Shown here piece by piece: positions 27,459 through 37,361 of a DNA stretch of 64,000 bases (positions within the stretch are counted from its first letter, which is position 1; every line of letters starts with the position of its first letter). The position numbers and the translations under genes are program-made. This stretch comes from Gemmatimonadota bacterium (lineage in GTDB: Bacteria; Gemmatimonadota; Gemmatimonadetes; Gemmatimonadales; GWC2-71-9): positions 496,985 through 560,984 of the forward strand of contig JADJAK010000001.1 in assembly GCA_016704275.1 (NCBI GenBank), written 5' to 3'. The notes under the pieces are model-generated. The model was not told where the DNA came from. It did no database searches and saw only the letters and a list, made by a program, of their open reading frames with translations.

Positions 27459-28772
27459 ATGGCGCCTGACCCCCCGATCGTGGAACGTCCGACCGACTCG
27501 GCGCGATGGGTCCGTGGCGGCCCCCGCGCCGTGCGTCGGTTCTGGCACTCCCTCGGGCCGGGGCTGGTGACGGGCGCGGCCGACGACGATCCGTCGGGGA
27601 TCGCCACCTACTCCATCGCCGGCGCCCGCTACGGCACCTCGCTGCTCTGGATGTCGCTGCTCACCTGGCCGCTGATGGCAGCCGTGCAGACGATGTGCGC
27701 GCGGATCGGCATGGTGACCGGGCACGGACTGGCGGCGGCCCTGCAGCAGAAGTTCTCCCGCTCGGTGCTGCTGGTGATGTGCGTCGGGTTGATGATCGCC
27801 AACACCATCAACATCGGCGCCGATCTCGCCGGGATGGCCGACGCCGCCGAGCTGATCACCGGGGTCAATTCCCACCTGATGGTGGTCGTCTTCGGCGGCC
27901 TGATTGCCTGGGCAACGGTGCAACTGCGGTACGCGGTCTTCGCGCGCGTGCTCAAGTGGCTCGCCCTGGTGCTCGGCGTCTACATCATCGCCGCGATCGA
28001 TCTCAAGCCGGTCTGGAGCTCCGTGCTCCACGACACCTTCTTCCCCTCCGGCCTGCGCTCGCGCGAGGCCTGGTCGACGGTCGTCGCGATCCTCGGCACC
28101 ACGATCTCCCCCTACCTCTTCTTCTGGCAGGCCAGTCAGGAGGTCGAGGAGGAAAAGGCCGCGGGCAAGGTGACGGAAGAAGCCCGGCGGGGCGCGACCG
28201 AGGCGCAACTCCACGCCCGGAAGCTCGACGTCGGCTTCGGCACCTTCTTCTCGAACCTCGCGATGTTCTTCATCATCCTGACGACGGCACTGACGCTGCA
28301 CAAGGCGGGCATCACCGAACTGGCGACCGGTGCCGAAGTGGCGAAGGCGCTCGAGCCACTCGCCGGGCGCTTCTCGTCCTGGCTGTACGCCATCGGCGTG
28401 ATCGGCACCGGCGCCTTGGCGATTCCCACACTGGCCGGCTCGGCGGCGTATGCCTTCGCCGAGACGCTTGGCTGGCAGCAGGGAATGGACGAACAGTTCA
28501 AACGCGCCAAGCCGTTCTACGCCGTGATCGTCGTCTCGCTCCTGATCGGGGTACTGCTCGACTTCGCCGACATCTCGCCCGTCAAGGCGCTGTACTGGAC
28601 CGCCGTCCTCAACGGGGTGCTGGCGCCCTTTCTCCTCACGGCGATCCTCATGGTCGCGGGCAACAAGGCCATCATGCAGGGGCAGCCGTCGTCGCGGCTC
28701 GGGATGGTGACGGTGGGCGTGACGACGGTGGTGATGTTCGGGGCGGCGATTGCGATGTTTGCGACGGGATAG
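27459..28772 (+). CDS. mntH: Nramp-family divalent metal (Mn2+/Fe2+) transporter
   Basis: 'GLVTGAADDDPSGIATYSIAGARYG' is the Nramp signature. 10-11 TM helices. 437 aa. Confidence 0.88.
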   Translation: MAPDPPIVERPTDSARWVRGGPRAVRRFWHSLGPGLVTGAADDDPSGIATYSIAGARYGTSLLWMSLLTWPLMAAVQTMCARIGMVTGHGLAAALQQKFSRSVLLVMCVGLMIANTINIGADLAGMADAAELITGVNSHLMVVVFGGLIAWATVQLRYAVFARVLKWLALVLGVYIIAAIDLKPVWSSVLHDTFFPSGLRSREAWSTVVAILGTTISPYLFFWQASQEVEEEKAAGKVTEEARRGATEAQLHARKLDVGFGTFFSNLAMFFIILTTALTLHKAGITELATGAEVAKALEPLAGRFSSWLYAIGVIGTGALAIPTLAGSAAYAFAETLGWQQGMDEQFKRAKPFYAVIVVSLLIGVLLDFADISPVKALYWTAVLNGVLAPFLLTAILMVAGNKAIMQGQPSSRLGMVTVGVTTVVMFGAAIAMFATG

Positions 28773-28889
28773 TCGATGATCGATGATCGATGATCGATGA
28801 TCGATGGTCGAGTGGCGGGAACGGGGAGAGAGTGTTCGGTAACGAACCGTGGCTGATCGATCATCGATCATCGCCCATCGATCATCGAG
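28773..28889. repeat. heptad inverted-repeat element (TCGATGA arms)
   Basis: Left arm (TCGATGA)x4-TCGATGG-TCGAG at 28773-28812, starting right after the Nramp TAG. Right arm CTGATCGATCATCGATCATCGCCCATCGATCATCGAG at 28853-28889. The spacer contains the mini-hairpin GTTCG-GTAA-CGAAC. Confidence 0.9.
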
Positions 28890-28911
28890 AACCAGGAGAG
28901 TAGATTTCCGC

Positions 28912-30894
28912 ATGCGCTCTCTTTGGTCCGACTCCGACGCCGCTCGCTGCCAGACGCCGCTCGATTTCCGGGTCCATTCCTCCCGATTGCTGGGGCAGGA
29001 TCCCGCCCTGGTGCTGCACGGCGGCGGCAACACCTCCGTGAAGGACACGGTCCCCGATCTCTTCGGCGACGAGGTCCCGGTCCTCCATATCAAGGGGAGT
29101 GGCTGGGACCTCGCGACCATCGAGGCCGCCGGCTTCGCGCCGGTGCGTCTCGACGTGCTGCAGCGGATGGCGGACCTTCCCGTTCTCTCCGATACCGACA
29201 TGGTGCGTGCGCAGCGCGCGGCGATGCTCGACCCGGGCGCACCGACGCCCTCGGTCGAGGCGATTCTCCACGCCATCATCCCCTTCACGTACGTCGACCA
29301 CACCCACGCCGACGCGGTGGTGGCGGTGAGCAACTCACCGGGCGGCGAGGCCGCGATCCGCGCCATCTATGGTCCTCGCGTGCTGGTGGTGCCGTACGTG
29401 ATGCCGGGCTTCGTGCTCGCGCGCGCCGTGCGGGAGATGACCAAGGTGACTGACTGGAGCGCGGTCGACGGGATCGTCCTCCTCAACCACGGCGTCTTCT
29501 CCTTCGGCGATGACGCCAAGAGCAGCTATGAGCGGATGATCGGGCTGGTCACCCGCGCGGAGGAGTACCTCGCGTCGAAGGGTGCGTCGCTGGCACCGCC
29601 GAGCACGGCGCAGGGGGCCGCGCCAGGTCACGACGAGATGCTGCGCCTTGCCGCGCTGCGGCGCGCGGTTGGCCTCGCCAAGGGCACGCCGGTGATCGCC
29701 GCGCTCGACCGCGCCGACGATTCCGTCGCCTTCGCGTCACGGCCGGACGCGGCCCAGGTCGCCACGCGCGGCCCGCTCACGCCGGACCACGTCATTCGCA
29801 CCAAGCCGCTGGCGCTGGTGGCGAGTGGCGACTGGGAGACGGCACTCGCCGAATACGCCGAGTGGTACCGCGCCTACTTTGGCCGCCATGCGACGCCGGA
29901 GCTCACGTGCCTCGATCCGGCGCCGCGCTGGATCCTCTGGCCCGGCGTCGGTTTCGTGGCCATCGGCGCCTCGGTGAAGGACGCCGCGATCGTGACTGAC
30001 CTCGCCAGGCACACCGCCCGCGCCATCACTTGGGGTGAGCAGCTGGGCGGCTGGACGCCACTCCCCGAGGCCGACCTCTTCGCCGTCGAGTACTGGGAGC
30101 TCGAACAGGCCAAGCTGCGGCAGGGTGGCGCGCCGCCGTCGATGCAGGGGAAGGTGGCGCTGGTGACCGGAGCGGCGAGCGGGATCGGGCGCGCCGTGGC
30201 GCTGGCGCTGCACGCGCAGGGGGCGGCGGTGCTGGCGACCGACATCAATCCCGAGGTGACGGCGCTCTCGCGCGGCGGATCACTGGTGGGGTGGGTGGCC
30301 GATGCGACCGACGCGGCCGCGATGGCAAGTGCGATCGCGGAATGTGTCCGCCGCTTCGGCGGCCTCGACCACGTGGTGAGCAACGCGGGGGTCTTTGCGG
30401 CGGGGGCGCGGATCGAGCAGCTCGACGACGCGCGCTGGGCCGAGAGTCTGCAGCTCAACCTGACCAGCCACATGACGCTGCTCCGGAGCGCCGTGCCGTT
30501 CCTGCGTCATGGCTTCGATCCGAGCGTGGTGATCGTCGGGTCGAAGAATGTCCCCGCGCCCGGCCCTGGCGCGGCGGCCTATTCCGTGGCCAAGGCCGGG
30601 CTCGCCCAGCTGGCGCGGGTTGCCGCCCTCGAGCTGGGCACGGACGGCATCCGCATCAACACCGTGCACCCGCATCTGGTGGTCGACACCGCGCTTTGGA
30701 CCCCCGAGGTGCTGGCGGCGCGGGCAGAGTCCTACGGCCTCACCACCGAGGACTACATCCGCAACAACCTCCTCGGCGTCGAGATCACCACGCGCGACGT
30801 CTCGAACGCGGTGTTGGCGCTCCTCGGGCCGACCTTCGCGAAGACGACCGGCGCACAGATTCCGATTGACGGCGGCAGCGATCGCGTGGTGTAG
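28912..30894 (+). CDS. bifunctional class II aldolase / short-chain dehydrogenase (rhamnulose-1-phosphate aldolase/ADH-like)
   Basis: N-terminus 'ALVLHGGGNTSVK', 'LHIKGSGWDL', 'VDHTHADAV'. C-terminal SDR 'ALVTGAASGIGRA', 'YSVAKAG'. AGGAGAG upstream of the ATG at 28912. Confidence 0.88.
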   Translation: MRSLWSDSDAARCQTPLDFRVHSSRLLGQDPALVLHGGGNTSVKDTVPDLFGDEVPVLHIKGSGWDLATIEAAGFAPVRLDVLQRMADLPVLSDTDMVRAQRAAMLDPGAPTPSVEAILHAIIPFTYVDHTHADAVVAVSNSPGGEAAIRAIYGPRVLVVPYVMPGFVLARAVREMTKVTDWSAVDGIVLLNHGVFSFGDDAKSSYERMIGLVTRAEEYLASKGASLAPPSTAQGAAPGHDEMLRLAALRRAVGLAKGTPVIAALDRADDSVAFASRPDAAQVATRGPLTPDHVIRTKPLALVASGDWETALAEYAEWYRAYFGRHATPELTCLDPAPRWILWPGVGFVAIGASVKDAAIVTDLARHTARAITWGEQLGGWTPLPEADLFAVEYWELEQAKLRQGGAPPSMQGKVALVTGAASGIGRAVALALHAQGAAVLATDINPEVTALSRGGSLVGWVADATDAAAMASAIAECVRRFGGLDHVVSNAGVFAAGARIEQLDDARWAESLQLNLTSHMTLLRSAVPFLRHGFDPSVVIVGSKNVPAPGPGAAAYSVAKAGLAQLARVAALELGTDGIRINTVHPHLVVDTALWTPEVLAARAESYGLTTEDYIRNNLLGVEITTRDVSNAVLALLGPTFAKTTGAQIPIDGGSDRVV

Positions 30895-31933
30895 TCAGGC
30901 GCGCTCTGGAAAGAGCCCCAGCAACCCGGCTTCCGACGCGGGGCAGACGCCGCGTTCGGTGATCAGCGCGGTGACGAGGCGGGCCGGCGTGACGTCGAAG
31001 CCGGGGTTGTGCGCCGCCACACCGGGGAGGGAATGCACCTCGCCCGGGTCGCGTTCCTCGATCACGATGCGCATCCCGTCCCGGGTCTCCCAATCGATGC
31101 TCGACGACGGTGCCGCCACGTAGAACGGGATGCCGTTGTCGTGTGCCGCGAGCGCCTTCAGGTAGGTCCCGATCTTGTTGGCGACGTCACCGGTGCGCGT
31201 GGTGCGGTCGGTCCCCACGATGCAGGCGTCGACCTTCCCCTTGCCGCATCAGCAATCCGCCGGCGTTGTCGACGATCACCGTGTGCGGCATGCCGTGCTG
31301 CCCCAGCTCCCACGCCGTCAGGTAGCCCTGATTGCGCGGGCGGGTCTCGTCGACCCAGACATGGAGCGGAATGCCGGCGTCGTGGGCGCGGTAGATCGGG
31401 CCGAGGGCGGTGCCCCAATCGATGGTGGCGAGCCAGCCGGCGTTGCAGTGGGTGAGGAGTTGCAGCGGCCGTTCGGGATGCTGCGCCCAGAGGGCACGGA
31501 GCAGCGGCTCGCCGTGCGCCGCCATCGCCGCACACGCCGCCACGTCGTCGTCCGCCATCTGGGCTGCCGCCTGATAGGCCGCCTCGACGCGCTCGGCAGG
31601 GGCGAGGGGGCGCAGCAGTGCCACCATCCGGTCGAGCGCCCAGCGGAGGTTCACCGCGGTGGGGCGGGTGGCGAGCAGCGTGGTGGCCGCGGCGTCGAGG
31701 GCAGCATCGGACGGATCGGCGTGCATCGCCAGCGCGATGCCGTACGCGCCGGCCACACCGATCAATGGCGCGCCGCGGAGCTGCATGCTCCGGATCGCGT
31801 GGGCCATTGCGTCCAGTGTGTCGAGGCGGAGCACGACGAAGTCGTGCGGGAGGCGCGTCTGGTCGATGATCTCGACCCCGCGTCCATCGGGGGCAATCCA
31901 GAGGGTGCGGGTCGGTTGGCCTGCGACGTTCAC
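30895..31933 (-). pseudogene. mtnA: S-methyl-5-thioribose-1-phosphate isomerase, interrupted by a 1-nt frameshift
   Basis: ORF 31187..31933 ends '...[16 protein letters not shown]'. ORF 30895..31218 continues '...[41 protein letters not shown]'. Together they form a normal MtnA/eIF-2B-like protein. The shift maps to the run CCCC at 31237-31240, read as CAAGGGGAAGGTCGACGCC on the minus strand, where CAAGGGAAGGTCGAC would restore '...[13 protein letters not shown]'. Confidence 0.85.
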
Positions 31934-32036
31934 GGACGGCTCCGGGGCGGGGCGGGGTGCCGGAGAATAACCCCGGCATTCCGTGGCCGCCGTCGCGCGC
32001 TATACTCCACTCCATCCCCGCCTCGTGGAGCCTGCC

Positions 32037-32483
32037 ATGTCACCACTCTCCTTCGCCGGTCGTTCAGCCGCCATACTGCTGATGGTCGGCTGTGCCTCGC
32101 CCGAAGCCGAAGCCGGCGTCGACAGCGCCGCCGCGGCCGCGGCGCATGCCGACTCCCTCGCAAAGGTCGCTGTGGTCGAGGCGGCGGCGCTGCGCGACTC
32201 CGCCCAGGCCACACTCGCCACGCTGCTGAAGAACCCGGCGACCGCCGTCTTCGACAGCGTAGTGGTGATGCAGCCGCCGGCCGTCGGCGACCGTCTCCCG
32301 CCGATGGTGGTCTGCGGTCAGATCAACGGGAAGCCCGGGATCGGCGGCCGTTCCACGCCGACCCGCTTCGTCTATCAGACCAAGTTCGCGCTCTTCGTGG
32401 AAGAGGCGGCGAACCGGCAGGCGTTCGCGGACCTCGTCGGGCGGACCTGCGGCGCAACCGGCGCGCGTGTCGTGGTGCCGTAA
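32037..32483 (+). CDS. hypothetical lipoprotein
   Basis: Lipobox 'AAILLMVGC|ASPEA' after 'MSPLSFAGRS'. 148 aa. Start is the internal Met of ORF 31983..32483. Confidence 0.65.
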   Translation: MSPLSFAGRSAAILLMVGCASPEAEAGVDSAAAAAAHADSLAKVAVVEAAALRDSAQATLATLLKNPATAVFDSVVVMQPPAVGDRLPPMVVCGQINGKPGIGGRSTPTRFVYQTKFALFVEEAANRQAFADLVGRTCGATGARVVVP

Positions 32484-32561
32484 CCGCTGTCATCTGGCAC
32501 TCCCTACCTCGATCCCCGGGGCCGCAAAGGGTCGAGATGATAGTCTACGGCGGATCTGGCG

Positions 32562-34922
32562 GTGGTTGCTGCGTCCCTCGCCATCCCCGGGGCGCCGCTC
32601 GCGGCCCAGACCACCATGTCCGCGGGGGCGTTGCAGCTCTCCGTGAACCGCCAGGGAACCCTCACCGCGCTCCGCAACAACGCAACCAAGACCGACTACC
32701 TGGCGCCATCCCAGCCGGCGCCGTTGCTGACGCTGGTGAGCGGCGGCCGCCGCCTCCTCCCGACCGCGATGTCGGTGTCTCAGAGCCGCACCGGCAAGCT
32801 GCTCACCCTCCAGTACGCCACGACCGGCGTGCGGATCGTGGTACGCGCCAGGGAGACGCCGACCCACCTCGCGCTCGACATTGTCAGTGCGCTGCCCGCC
32901 GCAAAGGTGGACGCCGTCGTCTGGGGGCCGTACCCCACCACGATCACCAAGACTGTCGGCGAGGTGATCGGCGTGGTGCGCGACGGCTCGGTCGCCGTCG
33001 GCCTGCAGGTGCTGAACGCGAAGACCCTCGGCGGCGACCTCCCCAACAACGAAGGGAGCACCTGGGCGCGCGGCATTGCCGCGACTGCGTACCCGTGGGG
33101 GAGCACCATCCAGGCATACGCGATCAACCGCGCCCGCGAGCGCCGGGTCGATGCCTGGGGTGGCACGCGCAAGAACATGCCGGTCCCCCCGATTCCTGGC
33201 GAGACGGTGGTCGGCAGCAGCATCGCGCTCTTCACGGCGGCCGAGTCGGAGACGCTCGATCGGCTGGAGCGGATTGGAGTGGCGGAGGGGCTGCCGCATC
33301 CCACGATTGACGGCGTGTGGTTCCCGAAGTCGGCGCTGTTCGGGCGGTCGTACCTGATCTCGTCCTTCGGCGAGGGTGAGGTCGACGAAATGCTCGGCTA
33401 CACCAAGCGCGCGGGGCTCTATTCGCTCTACCACGAGGGCCCCTTCAAGAGCTGGGGGCACTTCGTGTTGTCGGAGAGCCAGTTTCCGAATGGCCGAGCC
33501 GGGATGCGGGTCGCGGCCGAGAAGGCGCACGCGGCCGGACTGCACCTCGGGGTGCACACGCTGACCAACTTCATCAACACCAACGACCCGTACGTGACGC
33601 CGGTGCCTGACGACCGGCTCTCGCTCACCGGATCGTCGAAGCTCGTGCAGGCGGTGGATGCCGTGCAGCGCGAGATCGAGGTCGCCTCGCCGGAGTATTT
33701 CAACGAGGAGAAGGAGAATCATCTCCACACCGTCAAGATCGGGCACGAGCTGATCAGGTACCGCACCGTCACCGCCGCGGCACCGTACCGCCTGCTCGAC
33801 GCCCAACGGGGTGCGTTCGGCACCACGGCCTCGGCGCACGCAGCGGGCGAGTCAGTCGGCAAGCTCTTCGATCACAGCTACAACGTCTTCTTCCCGAACT
33901 TCGCCATGCAGCGCGAGGTGGCCAGCAACCTCGCCGACTTCCTCAACGAGACCGGCGTCGATCACATTGACTTCGACGGACACGAGGGTGGCCTCGCCTC
34001 GGGGCAGGGGGACTACGCGGTCGGGCTCTTCGCCGAGGATGTTCTCAAGCAGGTCAAGCACGACCTGATCAACGGCACCAGCATCAGCAAGACCTTCTAC
34101 TGGCGCATCGGGTCGTACTACAACTGGGGTGAGCCGTGGTACGGCGGGTTCAAGGAGAGCATGCAGCAGTACCGCATCGACAACCAGGGGTTGTTCGACC
34201 GGAACTACATGCCGCACATGCTCGGCTGGTACCTCCTGACCGACAAGACGACGTTGCCGGAGATGGAGTGGATGCTCGCTCGGGCGGCCGGGTACAGCGC
34301 GGGCTTCGCGATGGTGGCGCGGCCGCCGGCGTTGCGTGCCAACGCGCTCACGCCGGTCCTGCTCGACGCCATCCGCGAATGGGAGGCGGCCAGGACCAGC
34401 GGGGCGTTCGACAGCGCGCAGCGGGAGCGGCTCAAGGATCCGAAGAACGAGTTCCACCTGGAGCGGACCGCCCCGGGGGCATGGACCGTGGCGCAGTATC
34501 TCGTGTCGCCGCTCTTCGTGCGCACCAAGGTGGAGCGGCAGCCGGGCGAGCCGACGCAGACGACGTGGGACGTGTCGCAGCCGTGGGGGGAGCAGCGGTT
34601 GCAGTTCCGCCTCTCACTGGCAGGCAAGACGGCGACGGCGAAGAACTTCCGGTTGCAGATCGACCGCGCCGTCGAGGTGGTGATCCCGGTGGAGCTGCAG
34701 GGCGGCGAGAGCCTGGTCTGTGATGGCTCGACGACGATCCGGGTGTATGACGCTGGTGGCCGGCCGAAGACGACGTTCACGTTGGCGGCACTCCCACCGA
34801 TGGTGGCTCAGGGGGCGCACACGGTGACGCTCGATTCGGACTTCGGTGGCGACGAGCCGCCGAGAATCGAGGTGCAGTTCAAGGGGCTGGGGAAGGAGGA
34901 GGCGATCCGGGCGAGACGGTAG
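32562..34922 (+). CDS. large secreted hypothetical protein (possibly carbohydrate-active, family not recognised)
   Basis: 786-aa ORF with protein-like composition throughout. N-terminus 'VAASLAIPGAPLAAQT' is signal-like. I found no motif I can assign. The antisense ORFs are junk. Confidence 0.75.
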   Translation: MVAASLAIPGAPLAAQTTMSAGALQLSVNRQGTLTALRNNATKTDYLAPSQPAPLLTLVSGGRRLLPTAMSVSQSRTGKLLTLQYATTGVRIVVRARETPTHLALDIVSALPAAKVDAVVWGPYPTTITKTVGEVIGVVRDGSVAVGLQVLNAKTLGGDLPNNEGSTWARGIAATAYPWGSTIQAYAINRARERRVDAWGGTRKNMPVPPIPGETVVGSSIALFTAAESETLDRLERIGVAEGLPHPTIDGVWFPKSALFGRSYLISSFGEGEVDEMLGYTKRAGLYSLYHEGPFKSWGHFVLSESQFPNGRAGMRVAAEKAHAAGLHLGVHTLTNFINTNDPYVTPVPDDRLSLTGSSKLVQAVDAVQREIEVASPEYFNEEKENHLHTVKIGHELIRYRTVTAAAPYRLLDAQRGAFGTTASAHAAGESVGKLFDHSYNVFFPNFAMQREVASNLADFLNETGVDHIDFDGHEGGLASGQGDYAVGLFAEDVLKQVKHDLINGTSISKTFYWRIGSYYNWGEPWYGGFKESMQQYRIDNQGLFDRNYMPHMLGWYLLTDKTTLPEMEWMLARAAGYSAGFAMVARPPALRANALTPVLLDAIREWEAARTSGAFDSAQRERLKDPKNEFHLERTAPGAWTVAQYLVSPLFVRTKVERQPGEPTQTTWDVSQPWGEQRLQFRLSLAGKTATAKNFRLQIDRAVEVVIPVELQGGESLVCDGSTTIRVYDAGGRPKTTFTLAALPPMVAQGAHTVTLDSDFGGDEPPRIEVQFKGLGKEEAIRARR

Positions 34923-34961
34923 TTGGGGACCGCCTGTCGATCGGGGCTCGGCGAGCGCCGG

Positions 34962-36974
34962 TCAGGGACCGGCCACGCCCGCCGTCGTGAGCGTCCACGC
35001 CTGCCCGCCCACGGTGATCGTGTCCCCACTCCGAGTCACGGGAAGCGGTGGCCCGATCTGGACCACCGACCACAGGACGGGTGCGGCGGTGTTGGCCCGG
35101 GTCTGCCACCCGACTTCACTTGCGCGGATGGCGGGGCAAGGGCTGCCCCAGAGCGTGGCCTCGTCATACGTCGCCGTCTGGATCGGTTGGTCTGGCAACA
35201 ACTCCACCTGCACGGCCTGCCCTCCCACGGTCGCCCACGTCAGCAGGTTCCCGTGCACATTCGGCGGCACCGGCGAGTGCCAAATCGTCCACGGCAAGCC
35301 GTTGGCGTCGTTGATCCATGCCTGGTGCGGAGACGAGCTGTGCGTGGTCGGGCGGTAGCGATCAAAACGTGGAAGGGTTCTCGGATCATCCATGTCCACC
35401 GTGTCGCGGGTAATGACCACGGTCGTCGCGCCGACTGTCCCTGCCACAGAGGTGCGCCCCGCGTACCGAATGAACGGCGGTGGAGGCAGGTAGTAGTTGG
35501 ACGCGTACGGTGACCCACCGGTCACGCCAGCGATGGCAATCCATCCGGAGCCACTCGTGGTCCACGTCATCCGGCGATTGAACATCGCCCCGAGCCCGGC
35601 CAGCGAGAGTCCATTTGATGTGGTGACGCGGGCGACTTCCACGCCGTAGCCGAGCGGGTGTGTCAGCGCCCACTCGCCATTCTTGTACACCTGCGCGTCA
35701 AAGAGATGGTCGTACTGGTGATCCTCAAACGTGTTGTTGAACGCGGCGAGCCAGAGTGTCTGCGTTGGCTGCCTGGAGTAGATCATCCCGTGCCCGTTCG
35801 CCACCCAATCCCCAAACAGCGGGGACGCCACCGGGGCGTAGGGATCGAAGAAAAGGAGCGCCCGCGCCCACGGTTCCGCCGACCCGTTGCCCGTCCAGCC
35901 GTATTTGGCGGCGAGGTCGCGGATCAGCGAGTGCAGGAAGGGATCTTTCGTGACCCCTTGCACACCGAGATACAGCGTCATGCGCTTGAACAGTCGCCCC
36001 GTTTGGTCGCGGGGGTCCTGTTCGTCGCCGTGCTGAACCCACTGTCTCAGGTCGCCGGTCGTGGACGCGATGTGGTAGCGCGCAAGGTCCGCCACGGGGA
36101 ACTCGGGGAAGTGATTGACCCCGGTTGCGGACTTGACCACCTCGACGCCGATCAGCGCGAGCATCGCGGTCCCCATGTCGTAGGCGAAGGACTCCCCAAG
36201 CGCCCCGCCTTCCATGGCGTCGAAGTACCCGCCAATCGTGTTGCGGTAGGTGCTACGATCGAAACCCGTGCGGACCAGGCCACCCGCCACCATGACATCG
36301 GCACTGTCGCCCGTCGCATAGGCATAGGCCACGCGCCCGAAGTAGCACCCGATCGCCTGGTCGCCGTCCTCCATCCGGACTGTCCGGCAGACACTCTTCC
36401 ACGAGTCAAGCCGGGATCGCATCGTGGCGCATTGACTGGGCGTCGCCACGCCACCCGCACAGAGCCAGTCGTACGTGACGGCTTTCTCGACGAAGTCCTC
36501 GCGGATCGCGTTGAGTGATACGCCTGATGTCGTCGCGAGCCATGTCCCCACGGCCTTCCTGCCCGCCACGCTATCGCGAGTGGCCATGAACCACCAGGCA
36601 CACCAGAGGCCACCGTCCCCATAGCGATTTGCCTGGCAGTTGGCATCGGCAAGTCTCGCCAGTGGGTGGCCCTCCGCCACCATCCGTTGCCACGTCGCCA
36701 GACGCGCGGGGGTCACGAGCAGGCGCGCCGACATGACCGGCGGCGGCACAACGATCGTATCCATCGCGGGGACCACCACCGCCGTATCCACCACCGCCGA
36801 ATCCACCGGAGGCTGGTCAACCAGGGTATCGATCGGTTGGGGTGGAATGACCGAATCCACCACCGCCGGCGCCGGGTTGGGTGTCATCGTTGGGGTCGCA
36901 TCGCAACCGACCAGCCCGGTCGGGGTCGCGATGGCAACGATGAGGGCGAATCTGAGACAGGCCACACTCGGCAA
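34962..36974 (-). CDS. hypothetical lipoprotein, possibly a polysaccharide-lyase (heparinase II/III / alginate-lyase-like) fold
   Basis: TTG start gives 'MPSVACLRFALIVAIATPTGLVGC|D' (lipobox), then a Pro/Val/Asp-rich linker and an ~600-aa globular region. The functional guess rests only on overall resemblance and is weak. Alternative starts are at 36986 and 36965. Confidence 0.7.
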   Translation of the reverse strand: MPSVACLRFALIVAIATPTGLVGCDATPTMTPNPAPAVVDSVIPPQPIDTLVDQPPVDSAVVDTAVVVPAMDTIVVPPPVMSARLLVTPARLATWQRMVAEGHPLARLADANCQANRYGDGGLWCAWWFMATRDSVAGRKAVGTWLATTSGVSLNAIREDFVEKAVTYDWLCAGGVATPSQCATMRSRLDSWKSVCRTVRMEDGDQAIGCYFGRVAYAYATGDSADVMVAGGLVRTGFDRSTYRNTIGGYFDAMEGGALGESFAYDMGTAMLALIGVEVVKSATGVNHFPEFPVADLARYHIASTTGDLRQWVQHGDEQDPRDQTGRLFKRMTLYLGVQGVTKDPFLHSLIRDLAAKYGWTGNGSAEPWARALLFFDPYAPVASPLFGDWVANGHGMIYSRQPTQTLWLAAFNNTFEDHQYDHLFDAQVYKNGEWALTHPLGYGVEVARVTTSNGLSLAGLGAMFNRRMTWTTSGSGWIAIAGVTGGSPYASNYYLPPPPFIRYAGRTSVAGTVGATTVVITRDTVDMDDPRTLPRFDRYRPTTHSSSPHQAWINDANGLPWTIWHSPVPPNVHGNLLTWATVGGQAVQVELLPDQPIQTATYDEATLWGSPCPAIRASEVGWQTRANTAAPVLWSVVQIGPPLPVTRSGDTITVGGQAWTLTTAGVAGP

Positions 36975-37221
36975 GTGATGCTCCACAGGCAGCGGCGAGT
37001 TCAAGACGAAATCAAGCACCCGAAACCTAGTGCACGTCCGCCCCATTACAGCGAATCCCGCCAGATCAACGAGCAACGACGACCAGAGGGGCCTGCGTCC
37101 ACTCAGTAGTATCGGTCGGGTTGCTCGGCGGCGGACCTGCCAGCGGGATGTCGGAGGCTTGCGTTCCAGAGTTGTACGCCGCTTCGGCGCACCTGATTCT
37201 GCACTCCTCAACGATTCCGAA

Positions 37222-37265
37222 CGAAAACCAGAATCCCCGCCAGACGAAAGTCGTGGCGGGGATTC
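37222..37265 (-). terminator. rho-independent terminator of the tRNA operon
   Basis: 11-bp stem AATCCCCGCCA/TGGCGGGGATT, extended by GAC-GAAA-GTC. On the minus strand it is followed by 'cugGUUUUCGUU'. Confidence 0.8.
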
Positions 37266-37276
37266 GTGTTATCTCA

Positions 37277-37350
37277 TGGGCCCGGCGCGATTCGAACGCG
37301 CGACCTCTTGCTCCGGAGGCAAGCGCTCTATCCAGCTGAGCTACGGACCC
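37277..37350 (-). tRNA. tRNA-Arg (anticodon CCG)
   Basis: Hand-folded cloverleaf: GGGTCCG/CGGGCCC acceptor, anticodon loop CTCCGGA, T-arm GCGCG-TTCGAAT-CGCGC. 74 nt. CCA not encoded. Confidence 0.9.
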
Positions 37351-37361
37351 CTTTGTTCTAG

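Noticed and set aside
28773-28889. Heptamer arrays as a possible CRISPR array
   Set aside because: The units are only 7 nt and directly tandem, with no unique spacers. The arms are inverted rather than direct. No cas genes are present.
27330-29366. 678-aa minus-strand ORF across the Nramp gene
   Set aside because: It is antisense to an unambiguous Nramp transporter and to the aldolase N-terminus. Part of its 'protein' is translated heptamer repeat (IDHRSSIIDH...).
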